Shown piece after piece: positions 1 through 63,000 of a DNA stretch of 64,000 bases. Within the stretch, counting starts at the first letter, position 1. Every line of letters begins with the position of its first letter. The DNA is from Octopus vulgaris (Eukaryota). Under the pieces are notes generated by a model. That model was not told the DNA's origin. It did not search any database and saw only the letters and a program-made list of their open reading frames with translations. The stretch is from the NCBI GenBank assembly GCA_951406725.2, contig OX597840.1, positions 17,112,001 through 17,176,000 on the forward strand, given 5' to 3'. The position numbers and the translations under genes were made by a program.

Positions 1-2586
1 TCCTAGCTTGTTTCTATGGGCAGTGAATGCATAGTACATTACCCAATTGAAAAAAGAAAAATTACACCCTTTTCCATTGATTTGGATTAACCATGGATTA
101 TCTTGGAGGTTCTTCCAATGGTGTGAGAGTTTATTATTAGAATGACATTGTAGGGTAGGTGTGAGAGGTCAGATATGGCTGGTTTGAACATAAAACGGAG
201 AGAATATTTGGGCTGGATATGGCTAGTTTAAATACTAAAGTGTTAAACAGTAGGATTTGATTTGAGGGAGATTTAGCTATTATTTCTAGCAGGCCGTAGG
301 GTCATGTACAGGTTTCCTTGTTTAGCTTATGAAACAGAAGGACCTGACTTGAGGGAGATTTGGCTCCCATTTTTAGCAGGCCGTTCTTTAGTTCGTTAAG
401 CATTTTGCATTCTGATTACTGTCAGGTGAAATGCCTATTTATTCAGTTTTGAATGAATCCTGCATTACCTTGTAGCCTTGAGATTTCAATGACGTGACTT
501 TATTTCTAGAATGACATTGTAGGGTAGGCGTGAGAGGCCAGATGTGGCCAGTTTGAACATAAAATAGGGAGAACACAGCCAGTTTATGTATTAAAGGGTC
601 AATTGAGTAATGGTGAGGAAAATGTGGAAACATTGGAAACACTGGCATAAAGTATGCACACTCAAACACACAAGGCAATTACAAGACACCTTAATTGCCT
701 TGTAATTAAGGTGTTGTGTAATGACATGCATCCAGGTTCAAACCTACAGTACAGCATTTTGGTCAAGGGTCTTCAAAGATCAACTAGCAGAGCCTCAGCT
801 TGTCTCAAGAGAACAATTAGGCAGAGGAAAATTGCATGGGGAAAAAGTGAGAGATGCTCAGTTATTGTTGCCAACCATGGCCATCACTTAGTAGATTGTC
901 CCCTGCTATATCTGTTTTCGGTGTATGTAGTTATGAGCAGACATAGATGACCTCTTAGCCCATCTATCCTTGAGCCTGGACAATATCAGGAGCATGGCTA
1001 AACAGTTGTGAGCAGACATGTTTTTTGGTCTCTCCTAATAGTGACCCCAGCAGAACATCCAGGATGAGTTGGGGGGGGGGGAAGGAAAGAGAGAAAAGGG
1101 AGAGAGGGGGAAGGAAGAGAGTGAGCTGTATCAGTACTAAGATGGTATTCATTTACAGCAGAGCAGACTGGCACAGAGTGAAATGAAAGGACTTGCTCAA
1201 GGACACAAATGCTGCCAGATCAGGAATAGAACCCACAACCTTATGACCATCAACACTCAAACTACTCGGCCATCTGCCTTCACATAAACTATAATTTAAA
1301 CTCTGAATCTAAAGACACTTTGACCTCGTTACTGAAAAATGAAGGATAAATTTTCTTAGACAAAAAAAACCCAACAAAAACATCAGATAATGTGATCCAA
1401 GGTACATGTAGGACCTTGTATCACATTATGTATCAAGAGAGATGATAGGATGGTCATGGCTGGAATATCACAAGGAGTGTTGTCCAATCTCAGGAATAGG
1501 AAAAGCAAACTAAAAGGTCAGAACCATACATCATTAGGGGATTTTGTCTCCTGAACAGACAACAAAGGACACACTGGTCAGTTGGCCGGAACTTATTTTA
1601 GCCTAAACAATAAAACACTCCACTTCAACATTTATACCACTGTCTTTGACCAAAATACGGCCATTATCATTTAACATTCACATTCCATGCTGGAATAGGT
1701 TGGACAGTTTGACCAGATTTGGATGTGTCCAAAAACTGCATCAAGCTCCAATGTGTCCTTTTACGGTTGGACGCCCTTCCTATCAGCAACCACTTGACAG
1801 TGGGAACTACACAAATATATACAAAGTTAATCACTTTCAATGTATTCCCCATCTAATTAGATTTCATTTCGGAAACTAAATACGTTCAATTAATAGTAGA
1901 ATATCCGCATGTTGCTTTGTCCTGGGAAAACGGCTATAATAGAGCTGGTATTATTTTTAACCCTTTTGATACCAACCTGCCTGAGACCACTCCTGGTTCT
2001 AGGATACAAACTTCTTGTTTTAAACTGGTTTAAAAATCTTCCATTCAAGTTTCCTGTTAATTTACGTTCTAAACATTACTTTAAAGATATTTTGCTAAAT
2101 TTCATATTTTCAAAGTCACTTGAAACAAAAGCAGTTCATTTCGCCAGCAATATGGTAACAAAGCGTTTTCTCTTGATACCAACCTGATTAAGACGACTGC
2201 TGGTTCCAGGATGCAAACCTCCTGCTTTGAAGGAATCTAAATTAAAACCTACCATCAAAATGGCATGCTAATTTATGTCCCAAATGCTGACTTAAAACTA
2301 TTTTATTAAATTCATTATTTTAAAATTTTATTGAAACAATAGCAAAGTATTTCAACAAAAATATTGCAAAAAAACCCAGTTAATGAAGGTATATTTTATT
2401 TATTAGAACCCTACTGAATTTCTTTTTTAAAAGTTATCTTTCAGATAAGAATTGAAACCACTATCCAACAGTGTAGCAGTCCAGGGTTGCTCATGATATT
2501 TCAGAATTAGTGTAAAACAACGCCAACTAATTAATTCAAGCGTATTTTCAATAAAAACACATTCAGTAAATGTGAAAAAGTTTCAT

Positions 2587-2592
2587 TTTATT
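2587..2592 (-). terminator. Candidate distal polyadenylation signal AATAAA
   Basis: tttatt on the plus strand at the end of a repeat-free block, followed by T-rich sequence on the minus strand; the hexamer is common in AT-rich DNA. Confidence 0.3.
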
Positions 2593-5500
2593 CAAAACTA
2601 TAACTGAAAATAATATTTTTAAAATGCTTTAATTCTGAAAATTATTTTTTTTTTAAACTCAGAAACTGGGGTGTCAAGAGGTAAACCACCCACAGAAACA
2701 ATTTCTAAGGTTCAGAGGGAAACCCTACACATCTGAATATTGGAACTAGAACATATGTGGAAATAAAGGGTTGCAATGACCCCCAGTTTATATTGGTATT
2801 AGATTTGTACAACCTCTACAAAGCTTTAGTATTTCTCAGCATTGTTGCCTCATCAGCCCTGCAGAACAGACGAGATTTTTAGTTTTACCAAAAAATGAGC
2901 CTCAAGAGATTATAAAGACTTCCAAATCTTAAACATTCTTCGTAGAACAATTGACCATTGCCAAAGCAGTATTCCTCGTGATGTCATCCAGCAACTGTGT
3001 CATGGTTTGCCTTTAGGAATCATTAGCATGGTAAAAGCTGAGGTGTTCCAGAAATTGACGTTTTCTAAGTCAAAAGGGTTCGTATATCGAGATAATGAAT
3101 TTCTGCTTATCATCACATCCTCTCTTTTGGTGCACACAGTGAGAATAATGCCCTCTATGACATGGCATAAGCTTCTAAACTGTTAATCTTATGTGATTTT
3201 ATCACCATTATTATGGGTAGGAGAAGTAGCTGAAGTGTGTGGTGGTCGGTCTGAAAATTCCCATGAAATTAAAAATTCTACAAGACAGAACTATTTCTTC
3301 TAGATGTATAGTGATGCCTATCAATTAAAAAATATCATTTAATTCCTGCAACAAATGCCAGTTGATGCTGTTGGAAACCTAAACATTTTTCTTTTTCCCC
3401 CCACAGCTATTTGTTTTATTAACAATGTTGCCTGGTTCAAGAACACTGATAACAATTTGTCTGCTATTATAAACCACTGATCTTACAGGGGCTCGGTCCA
3501 TGGCACTGGTACTGTTAAAAAGACATCTGCCCATTCCAATTTGTAAATTTTTGTAACATAACCAGACAGCCAATTTCCAAAAAGATTTCCTTACATCTGT
3601 AGATAATTTGAAAATTTTAACTTTGGTCCAAGCACAGATTCCAATGGTTCTAGTTGCTTTCAGAGTCAACACCATCACTGCGGTTGCTGCTACTCCCATT
3701 TCAGAACTATTCTTGCTCGGCTCCTTGATTGTCTTGCCCTAAATGTGCACTAATATCTACCATTGTGTAGTTAAGCATTTCATATTTCTTCCCAAGAATC
3801 CAGGAAATGGAAAAATTATTGAATGCCACAAAGGCGTACCAAAATCCAAGAGGAATGAAAACTCAATGTGAATATGGCTCTCAGGAAGGAGTATGGCACC
3901 ACTTCCTAAAGAAACTACAATAACTGTCTATGAACTGTGGCAAAGAGGAATGTTTTCTCAAGTCAGCTATGAATCTGAAGGAGCAAATTCCAGTTACTTG
4001 CAGCCAAACTTTGTCAAACCATACAGTCCTCAGGAGTATAATGAGTTTAGGTTTATTGTCATTAAATCCTGCTATTAATATGTCGATATTATATGAAGTT
4101 GCTTTCAAAATGTCTATAGTTAGATCAGTGACTTCAGCCAGAGAAGATGTTCAGGTTGAAGTTCTTGGTCATTTATGTTGAGCTTGTCAATGGACGCTGC
4201 ATTGTAGATTTTATAGGGGTCCAATATTTCCATACTGGGGTACAGCTGTTGAGCTTCAACAAGGTCATCGCAATACCTGAGATGAAGCACAAATAGATTG
4301 GTTGGGTCACACAGGAGCATCTGACTACTGAATCTCAGGGGCATCACACACACCCGTAATCCATGCTGCATGTGGCAAACTTCACCATTGGTTACTCTTG
4401 AAAGATCTTCAAATGAACTTCCCACAGAAAAAGGTATTCATGTTGACTCATTGACAGTATATACCGTCTTATTCCAATAACACTACTAAAACTGATGTCA
4501 GGTTGGCCTGCAATAGGAACACAGTGCTTTCTTCCCCTCTAACTTGTTCCAGGTGTAATAAGACGGAACCTAATGATACATAAATATTCATGTGAAGGAA
4601 CAACACTCGTACGGCTTGAAGAAGGGATGTGAGCAGTGTCTTTTGGATTTTTCATGTAGCAGATGTTTGGTTAAAGTGAACTTGTCGGTCACTTTCCAGA
4701 TGGACAGCAAATTGTTGGATGTAAAAGAGTAAACATTCCCAGAAAATCTTGCTATTACTGATTCATTGCCTTTGCTGGAATCGTTCCCTTCATTGAAGTC
4801 ACTTTTGTTGTATTAGACCTAAAACTTTCCAGCATCGGATCCCCCAATGAAAGGTTTCCAGAAATATCCACTGGATAACCATCTTCAAAGGCCATGGAAA
4901 CTTTAGTTCCTTTGTTATCTGTCATGCAAGATGAATTCCTGTTGAAAATCCACAGGAACAATAAACCATTTCAGTTTTAATAGCACTGAATAGATCCTTC
5001 TCTTTGCAAGGGACTGGATAACCTGCTGCCATGATGGCATCAATCTAATTGGAGTGAATCCCATATGTTCATTTTTCTGCGGCATTAGTGATGGAAACAT
5101 CATTTGTAGCAAATTGTAGCATAAAAGGAAGACAACATATCTGCTTAAATAAAGAATTAGTCTCAGTCACTGATCTATAAAGCAGCATAAACAACAGCAT
5201 CTCTATATTAAGTCTACTGAAACTTATCATGCTGAAGAAAAATAACTAAAGAACAAGAGAAAGACAGAAAGTAAGAGTGAAAGCCAAGAAGTGACAGATT
5301 TTTCAATAAGGAACAACTAGAGCAGTAGGAAAGTAAAACAGATGCAGCACTGTGACTGCAGCAAAGAGTTGATGATAGTTACAAAAAGATAGGGGAAAGA
5401 TGGACAATGCACATTTGCATATACAATATGCACATCTATTCAGTAGTATAATGGATTAACATTCTATTTCAGTGCATTCCAAGAACCAGGTTCATTTAGA

Positions 5501-7079
5501 ACCAACTTACAATGCCAAATATATTTTAATGCTACATAGGTTGTCTCTGAATTTTGAGAGTATTTTCCCCCCATCTTATAACCATTATATTGTTTTGTTA
5601 ACTGTTTGAAAAAAAAAATGGATATCAGTTTTGCATTCATTATTAATGATTCTTAATTTAAAGAATTTTCTAAAGAAGAGGCAAAAATCAATTAAAAAAT
5701 GCAACTAACATAACCACATGCTTGATGAAAAATTAGACAAAATTGGTGTCTGATAGTGACAGGCAAAAGTGATAGAAAGAGACTAGGGGTAAGGGTAAAA
5801 TCATTTCAAACATTTTCCAGAAGAGAACGGACTTAATCAGCCTCTTCAATGATTCAAAAGCAACCAACTTTTTTTTTGCTTTGTTTAATTTTCCCCCACT
5901 CAGAATATTCCAGATATTAACTACAGAGATAAACCATTATACAAAAAAAGTAAAGAAAAGTTTATGGTTTCATCTTTGCTTTGAGGAAATTCAAACATTC
6001 TGCTATAAGTAATATAATGGACATTAAGAAACTGCCAGAATGACAAAGTGCTGGGGGGTAAATGAAGCATTTGACAATCAGAAGTTTTCGAGTAAGATCT
6101 GAACATATTTTTGGGAAATTGTGCTACCACATGCAACTTCATTCAACAAGGATCAAAGGATAAGAATACACTCAAGTGTGAACCATGATTTGGCAATTAG
6201 TCACTTGGACCACAAAAGATGCACCCAAGTGACCCTCTACAATGCTCAGACACCCAGAATTCCCTGACAATTGCATGTGTTTAGGCAACTGTGCTGCAAT
6301 GAGAGAAACCTTACTACTGGGGGCTGTGAGTTCAGGGTCAATGAAACTATCCTTCATTCTATTTACAAAGTGCAAGAAGATGATTTATTTATGTTTCTTT
6401 TTTAGGAACCAAATCCATGATAAACGATAGTCATACTTCTACTTCAAAGTCACTAGCATTACATCAGTACATAAAGGTTTTTTTTTTTTTATATGTGCAG
6501 TAGGAGCTCTTTTCTATTTGCAATCATTGCAGAACATTGAAAGTAGAAAGGAACTTTAATAATAACTGCATACAGAGGTAAGAAGAGAATTTTCTAAACA
6601 CCATTTATGAAACTTGATGACAATAGTTACACAACACAAATGGTGTTAACTGATAGAAATGAATTAGTTATGACTCAGTTGGTACACCAGGTAATAAGTA
6701 GTAGTGATACCTAGTTTGGTGTATAGTAAATAAAAGCATTATCAATGCATTTTTCTTTTCTAAATCAATTTTGTGGGGTTCAAAAGTAATGTGACCAAAC
6801 TGTAGTTCCAAGCAGATGTAATAGCACAGTTGTAGATAGGCTATTCATGTAGGGGAGAGGGCGACCCCTGAATTCAACCATTCTCCAAAACATAAATAGT
6901 ATGATGGTTGCAAAGAAAAAAAAGTGCCAACACCAGAAACGGAAAGCTCCCAGCAGCCAGAGGTCAACTGAAATGATATTCTAAAGTGCATTCTTCAAAC
7001 TTGCATTACGCAGAGTGGGACACTTTGCAAGTTTCTATAATAGGAATGGTGTTAAATTTGTGTACAAAAAATTGGGTTA

Positions 7080-7533
7080 CGACTGGCATCCGTGCTAGTG
7101 GGGTACTAAGAGCACCATCCGAGCATGATCATTGCCAGAGCAACTAAACTGGCTTCTGTGCCGGTGGCACGTAAGAAGCACTATTCGAGTGTGATCATTA
7201 CCAGCATCGCCTTACTGGCACTTGTGCCAGTGGGACACGAAAAACCATTTGAGCGAGGTTGTTGCCAGTGCCACTGGACTGACTCTTGGGCTGGTGGCAT
7301 GTAAAAAACACCATTTGAGCATGGCCGTTGCCAGTACTGCCTGACTGGTCCTCATGCCAGTGACACGTAAAAGCACCCACTACACTCTCGGAGTGGTTGG
7401 CGTTAGGAAGGGCATCCAGCTGTAGAAACTCTGCCAGGTCAGATTGGAGCCTGGTGCAACCATCTGGTTCGCCAGTCCTCAGTAAAATCGTCCAACCCAT
7501 GGAAAGTGGACGTCAAACAATGATAATGATGAT
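7080..7533 (+). mobile_element. Retroposon family C (core gttggcgttaggaagggcatccagctgtag, (GAT)n tail, internal degenerate tandem units)
   Basis: Many copies, mostly minus strand: 9607-9840, 14720-15030, 16175-16478, 20395-20590, 22003-22215, 35953-36090, 62630-62840. Confidence 0.75.
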
Positions 7534-8343
7534 TTCCCAAATTTATCTACACACAATTTTAATTTACCTGTAAAATGGGTGACAGAGTTTAATTACGAGC
7601 AATTCACTCACGCATGAATTTCATTTCATTTCATAGTTTCTTTCTAACATAAATCCCACTATTTTGCCCCCATTTCACATTTATGGTGCACCCGTTTCAT
7701 GTGCATCTAATTACAATTGATAATTCAATAACATGCATATTTCTTGTATATTACAATTTTAGCATCTAACCAACTGATTATATGTTAATAACTCATTTTC
7801 TGTGATGATCGTTAAACAAAATTTTGATTATTTTAACATTTTACTAAAATTTACCTGTATTTATCTGGAATTAAATTGGTTTTGAGGCAAAATTAATTAA
7901 CAAATTTGAGAACCATTTGTCATGTTCTGAAAACCACATTTGTCAATAAACAAAAGTCATAACAGTTTCATGAAAACAGTTAAAATTCACAATAAATTTA
8001 TAATATCACTGAAACAAGAGACACGGCAGGGTTTTAGGTTGGAAATGCAACAAAGAAATGGTTAAAGAACAATACAAGAGAACCGAGCATTATTTCATGA
8101 CAAAAGCCAGGAAAAACTTATTGCATAAGAAAACATAACATTAACATTCAAAGACATACACACACGCATGTGTGTGTGTGTATGTGTGTACGGTTTGAAA
8201 ACCGTCTGGTGCAAGTGCAGAATGGACTGTAATGGATTCACAAACATGCATTTAAACACAAACAAGAAGCATGCAAATATCTCCAAGAGGAGAAAAGATA
8301 AATAAGCAATATTTAGCAGCCAGGATAACTAAAACATGAGAGA

Positions 8344-8344
<1 letters not shown>

Positions 8345-8405
<61 letters not shown>
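8345..8405. repeat. (TA)n microsatellite
   Basis: About 30 perfect TA units. Confidence 0.95.
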
Positions 8406-8409
<4 letters not shown>

Positions 8410-8858
8410 ATGTGTGTGTGTGGAGAGTAACTGAATTCAGTTACTCTGAGGAGAGTAACTGAATTTAAATAGTTCAAAAATTGAATCTGTATTAATGCAG
8501 TTATGCCAAAAAAAATTAAACCAGAAAATAAGTAAAAATTAAATTTTATTTTTTTTTTTAAATTCAATACTATTTATAATAATTAATAGGTTTGTAATTA
8601 TAAAGTATCAAAGAAACCAATATGGGAACAAAAAAAAAATCAAATGCCCCTATCCAAAATAATTTGTGCTGTGACAAAAGCATTTTATGTGAAAGCTACA
8701 ATTTAAGAAGCTGGTAATTAAGTCAGGAATCGGCTGTCACATAGTGCCAAGGCGCAGTGAGGTTTAATTTCTAAAGAAAATAAAAAAAACAAAAAAAACC
8801 ATTGAATTCACTGAAAATAAAATAAACCAAAAATTATTTTAAAAAAAATTACTATTAA

Positions 8859-9099
8859 CCCTTTGCCTGTTCTGTGTATTCCTTGTGATACACAGGACAT
8901 GTTTCCCCTGGTGTCCATGCATTTGATATGATACACATTTCCAATTTTTTTCTTTTTTCAACCACCAGGTTAACTTGGGATTTATGAAAGGAAAGCTTTA
9001 TGTTACTCAGAACATATGAAATGAGGAACAACTAGAAGTGTGAAAACAAGCATGGACAATCTGGACAAACTTATGAAAATACTTTGGACAGGCAAAGAG
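8859..9099. mobile_element. piggyBac-type MITE (related copy ~58825-59028)
   Basis: TTAA on both sides; TIRs ccctttgcctgt / acaggcaaagag. Confidence 0.8.
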
Positions 9100-9390
9100 T
9101 TAAAAGAAGTGATTTGTCATGCTAAAAATGTGTGGAAGTGGTGTAGGTGTCTGATTCTATCAAGTCTAAGATGTTTCCTGGAGACTATGTTACAGACTTT
9201 GGCTTCAAGTTGAATGCCAAAGCGAAATTTTGTGAGATTTAAACTAAGAATATAGGAAAACCTCCTTTCTCATACTTTTATTTTTCTGACAAAGGACTAG
9301 CATCCAAAATGTCAAGACTCTTTTCTTTTTAATCATTTGCGATCATTACCTTATTTATATAATATATATATTTTAACGAGATCCGTCTTG

Positions 9391-9500
9391 TAATCACCTG
9401 AAGAAACACATCTACAGTGACGAATACTCGTAAACCAGTTGTTAAATATCCCACCCGTGACGGGACGATGTTAGATAGGTCGAAACAATTGCAGTGATTA
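9391..9500 (+). ncRNA. Degenerate type I hammerhead-ribozyme-like motif in a Penelope-like fragment (~9372-9545)
   Basis: Stem I taatcac/gtgatta; CTGAAGA; long stem II (atcta/tagat); GAAAC-AATT-GCA (canonical GUH); AATAAA immediately after; TA and CA microsatellite flanks. Confidence 0.6.
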
Positions 9501-11124
9501 ATAAACATTTTTGCATCTTCCATCTTTAATTAATCAAATAAATACACACACACAAAGAATCTTTTAAGAGCATTCAATGTATCATTATGGTACCTTTAAT
9601 GATAGGCATCATCATTTAATGTCCATTTTCCATGCTGGCATGGGTTGGACAGTTTGAATGAAAACTGGTAAGCTGCACCAGGTTCCAATCTGATTTCTGC
9701 AGTTGGACGCCTTTCCTAACGCCAACCACTCCAAGAGTGTAGTGGGGGTTTTTTACAAGCCTGTTACAAAACTCTGGCATCGGCCATGACTACGATCTCA
9801 CTTGGCTTGACATGTCTTCTCAAGCACGGTATAATGCCAATAGTTATTTATTTAAAAGGAAATATTGCTAAGCGACAATATCAATCCAAGCCTACACTTG
9901 TAGACCTAGAAGAGCATTTAACCTGCCAGCACTCGTATCTCACTCGCATTAGAATCTCTTGGCAGAGATGTCTAAATTTTCCCCATTGGTGACATTTTAA
10001 AAATTATTCAGGTTTCAATGGCTAGAAGTAATTAACAAAATTAAGAAAATAAACAATTACCTATTGTGTCACAATTATGTAAAGTTATCAACCAAATATT
10101 CTTTAAATTTTAATTTGACTTTCTTGACACACCTAACGATTATTGGTGACAGTAAAGTGTCACAATGTTTGTAAACCTGTCTTGTCTTTACTAAGAAAAA
10201 TAGTAGGATAGAATCATTGAAATAGCTTCCTTCTCTACACCTCGTGATCTTAAGATTGTGGTTTCAATTCCTGGACTGGGCAATGCATTGTGTTCTTGAG
10301 CAAAACACTTCATTTCCTGTTGCTCCAATCAACTCAGCTGGCAAAAAATGAGGAATTGTGAGACTGGCATCCAATCCAAGAGAGTAGGAGAATATATCAA
10401 TACGGGTCACAGGATCTGGGAAACCAGCCCTTTGTGTTTATGGCTTGGAAAGGAGCTTGATCTTTTTCCCCAACTCCTTTTTAAGGGGTTAATGAAACAT
10501 AAACCTACAGCATAGAAAAAGGAAACATCTAAAGCAGCATTCTATTTTGACTTCTGTAAAGCAACCCTCAAGTCACCATCAAAAGGGTTTTGTCTTCTCA
10601 GGTAGTGAGGTACCAGAATCTTAATTTTTATAGATTAGACCAGAAATGATATAATCTACAGACACCCGGAGACAGAATAGTGTAAGGTAACAGCAGTGTT
10701 AGAGCTTGCTGTGTAGTCCACCATACAAGTGGGCCTCCAACAGATGGTGCCAAATAGGCCTCAAAATTTATCCACTTGAAATCTACCTAGTAACCCTGGG
10801 TGTATAAAAAAGAATAGTTCTCAATGTGCATATACAGGAAGTCCTTGAGATTGATCCGTTTAAGAGTTGGAGGAGTGGAAAGGGCATATGAAATCTGTTT
10901 GTATGCACTACATGAGGACGAATGGCTCAGATCTGGTCTTGTTTGATCAACTACGTACATGTAATAGAAATGCCCAGTCAGACCAAGTGTGTGTGTGTGT
11001 GATAGGGTGACTGAACAGTATTAATAAATGAACAACAAAAAGAACACCAAAACAACAAAAACAGCTAGCAACAACAAAAACAGCCAGCAACAACAAAAAC
11101 CAATAGCAATAACAACAACAACAC

Positions 11125-60095
<48,971 letters not shown>

Positions 60096-63000
60096 CTGAA
60101 GACAAAAAATATAATAGGTTAAAAAATTGTTAATGAGAAAAATTAAAAAAACAGAACAACAAAGTTAGCAACTATTAAAATATATTACGTTTTATTAACC
60201 TTTCCATTACCATATTTGTTGAAGTATACTTTGTTTTAATTTTAAAAATAATGAAATTTTTAATCAAATAACTGTCATTAAACTAGTGCCTGGAACAAAT
60301 TAACCTGAGATTTTGGAAGATTTTAACTTAGATTACTTTAAAACCATAGATCTGTACCACAGAACCAGAGGTGGGTTCATGCAGGTTTGTACCAAAAGGG
60401 TTAACCTCATACCAAGATTATAAAACAGAATCTTTGTGAGTTGGAAAAGTCCCAGAAACACTTTTTGATAATCCATGAAAAAGATGCTCTCCCTTCAAGA
60501 GTTCAAACCATTTATAAATTATAAATAATTTGGTTTCATAACATTTCAAGTCCTATTGCACCTGAGTTTCATCTCTTGAAGAGTCCAATTCAGTTTACAC
60601 CAGTCAAAACACAGGACATTATACCAATATATTACTGGTATTGTGGTTTGGCAAAATCATTAAGGATTCAAACTAAATACCTTGTGGTATTTGTCCAGGA
60701 TCTCAACATATGCAATTCAAATCCCATTGAGCTAACTTTGCTTAACTTTACAAGGAAGTGAAATAGGCACCTTAGCTTTTCACCCCTCCAGAAATCAATA
60801 AAATTAATCAAGTATTGGGTTTTATTTCATGGTTTCCCCTCCCAGCAAATTTCCAGCATTGTACCTCTATAAGCAATTCATTATAATTATTATTATTATT
60901 ATTATTACTTCTTTTTCTTCTTATTGATTGGCAGAATCGTTAGCATGCAAAGGCAAAATACTTAGTAGCATTTCGTTTGTCTATGTTCAGTGTTCAATTC
61001 CAGCCAAGGTTAACTGTCTTTCATCCTTTCGGGGTCAATTAAGTACCAGCTGAGCACTGAGGGTCAATGTAATTGATTTGCCCCACCCCCAAACCTGCTG
61101 GCCTTGAGCCAAAATTGAAACCATCATTAGTATCATTATTACTTGTTGTTATCAGAGATGTTAGCATTTTGGATAGAAAGTTTCTTGATTGATATTTCTT
61201 CAATCAATTCCCTTCCGACCAATCTTAAAATGCAAAAGTTTCATTAAGAATGGTAAACACAATTGTAAACAGCATCATGAACTTTGTAAACAAGTCTTAA
61301 TGATGCATCTTTATATTTTAGAGAGGCACCACCATTTAAAACTATTAATTACAAATGAAAAACAAAAAAAGAATTATACAAAGCAATACATATATATATA
61401 TATATAATTGAAAATATTATAGAACCAAAGTAGATTATTTCTACACAAGAATATATAAATCAAATTCCATTTTTCCTGACATAATTCAAAATACACAAAA
61501 ATATCTGAAACAGCTCATAGCAATTTCCCCCTTCTAATGTCCTTCCATAGCCATCTGGGAAAAATACTTCATAAATTTGAATTTCTTTTTTTTTTTTCCC
61601 CCCTAAAATTAATCAAAATATTTTGAGTGAAATGTATACTCAAAACGGGTTAGGAGATAAAAAGATTCTTACATAAAAGTCAAGACAAGTTTAAATACAC
61701 TTTCAAAGAGTCTGGGTTTGTTTGGATCACAAAAGCAGGAGTGACCTCAGGCAGTTTGGTAACATAAAAAATTAAAATCCGTTTAAAATAGTCCAGCTTT
61801 TTGTTTTTACAGCTGTCCACTTCGGTACTAAAGCATGCTATGCACAGAATTCCACAGCTGGCCATAATTGAAGAAAGACTAAACAAGTTGGAACATATTC
61901 TACAGGGAAGCATAATTTAGAGGACTCATAACAATTATAATGAGAGAGAGAGAGAGTGAGAGAGAGAGTGAAAGCTAGTCATTCACATGGAGTGGAGAGG
62001 GAAGACCTTGACAGCCTGTGAAAAATTCACTGCATGAGGTGACCCACATAAATCTACCCCCTAATTACATGACATTCCAATCTGTCACAGACAACTAGGA
62101 AGCTTTTATGCAGTCACTCAAGCTGCTAGAAATAGCAACTAAACCTCACTCAAATCACCCCCACCTCTATTGGCTTTAAAAAGAAGAAACCACATGATCA
62201 TTCAGTGATGGATATTTCTAAAATGACAGGATGGTCATAACTGGAACGCCTTTGGTCAGCAATTTAATCAACCAGGGATTGTCAGACACTCAGCAACAAG
62301 ACACTGGACCAATGAGAGAGCGTCAATGCCAGAGGGTGGGGTATGTGTTAGGGGATGGGGTACCACACCAGTGGGGCAAGACAAAATTTTATTGGACCAA
62401 GATTTCAGAATAAGGCATAAGTGATTAAAACTACTTTGAATGTGTGTGTTCTTTCTTAACAATTACAAGATAGTTGTAAACAAGTGTCCCTGTCATACAA
62501 GCAGTGTTATTCATTTCCAATATTCTGTAAGAGCACATCAGGCCATGGAGAAATATTACCTGGCTTGGAAACAGGTATGTGTTGGTAACGAGAAAGGCAT
62601 CTGGCCATAGAAAGTCTGCCTCAACAAATTGACCCATGCAAGCATGGACAAGTGTATGTTATAATGATGATGATGAACATCTAACATCTGTTTTCCATGC
62701 TGTCATGGGTTGAACAGTTTGACTGGATACAAGCAGCTGCATGGCTGTGTCAAGCTCTCAAAGTCAGATTTGACATGGTTTCTACAAGTGGGTGCCCTTC
62801 CTAAAATTAACCACTTTACAAAATGCACTGAGTGCTTCTTATAAGGACACTGGCACAAGTGCGGAGAAAAGCCCCTTCAACTAAGAGACGGGTATATTTG
62901 AGAGAGGGTGCTGAGAGGGGAAGATTTGACTGCTATTTCTAGAATGCTAAGCAACTGCAGAGAGGCTCACTTATTATTACAGTTGCAATCCATATCCGGT

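Noticed and set aside
2815-2865. Minus-strand CTGATGA-ggca..tgct-gaGAAA core
   Set aside because: Extra bases before GAAA and no stem I partner
3000-3745. Faint resemblance of minus-strand peptides (SWEFSDR, IEG...MISRNS, LGQDNQ) to Mononegavirales L polymerase motifs
   Set aside because: The invariant QKxW is missing, GDNQ is imperfect and in the wrong order; treated as coincidence without an HMM hit
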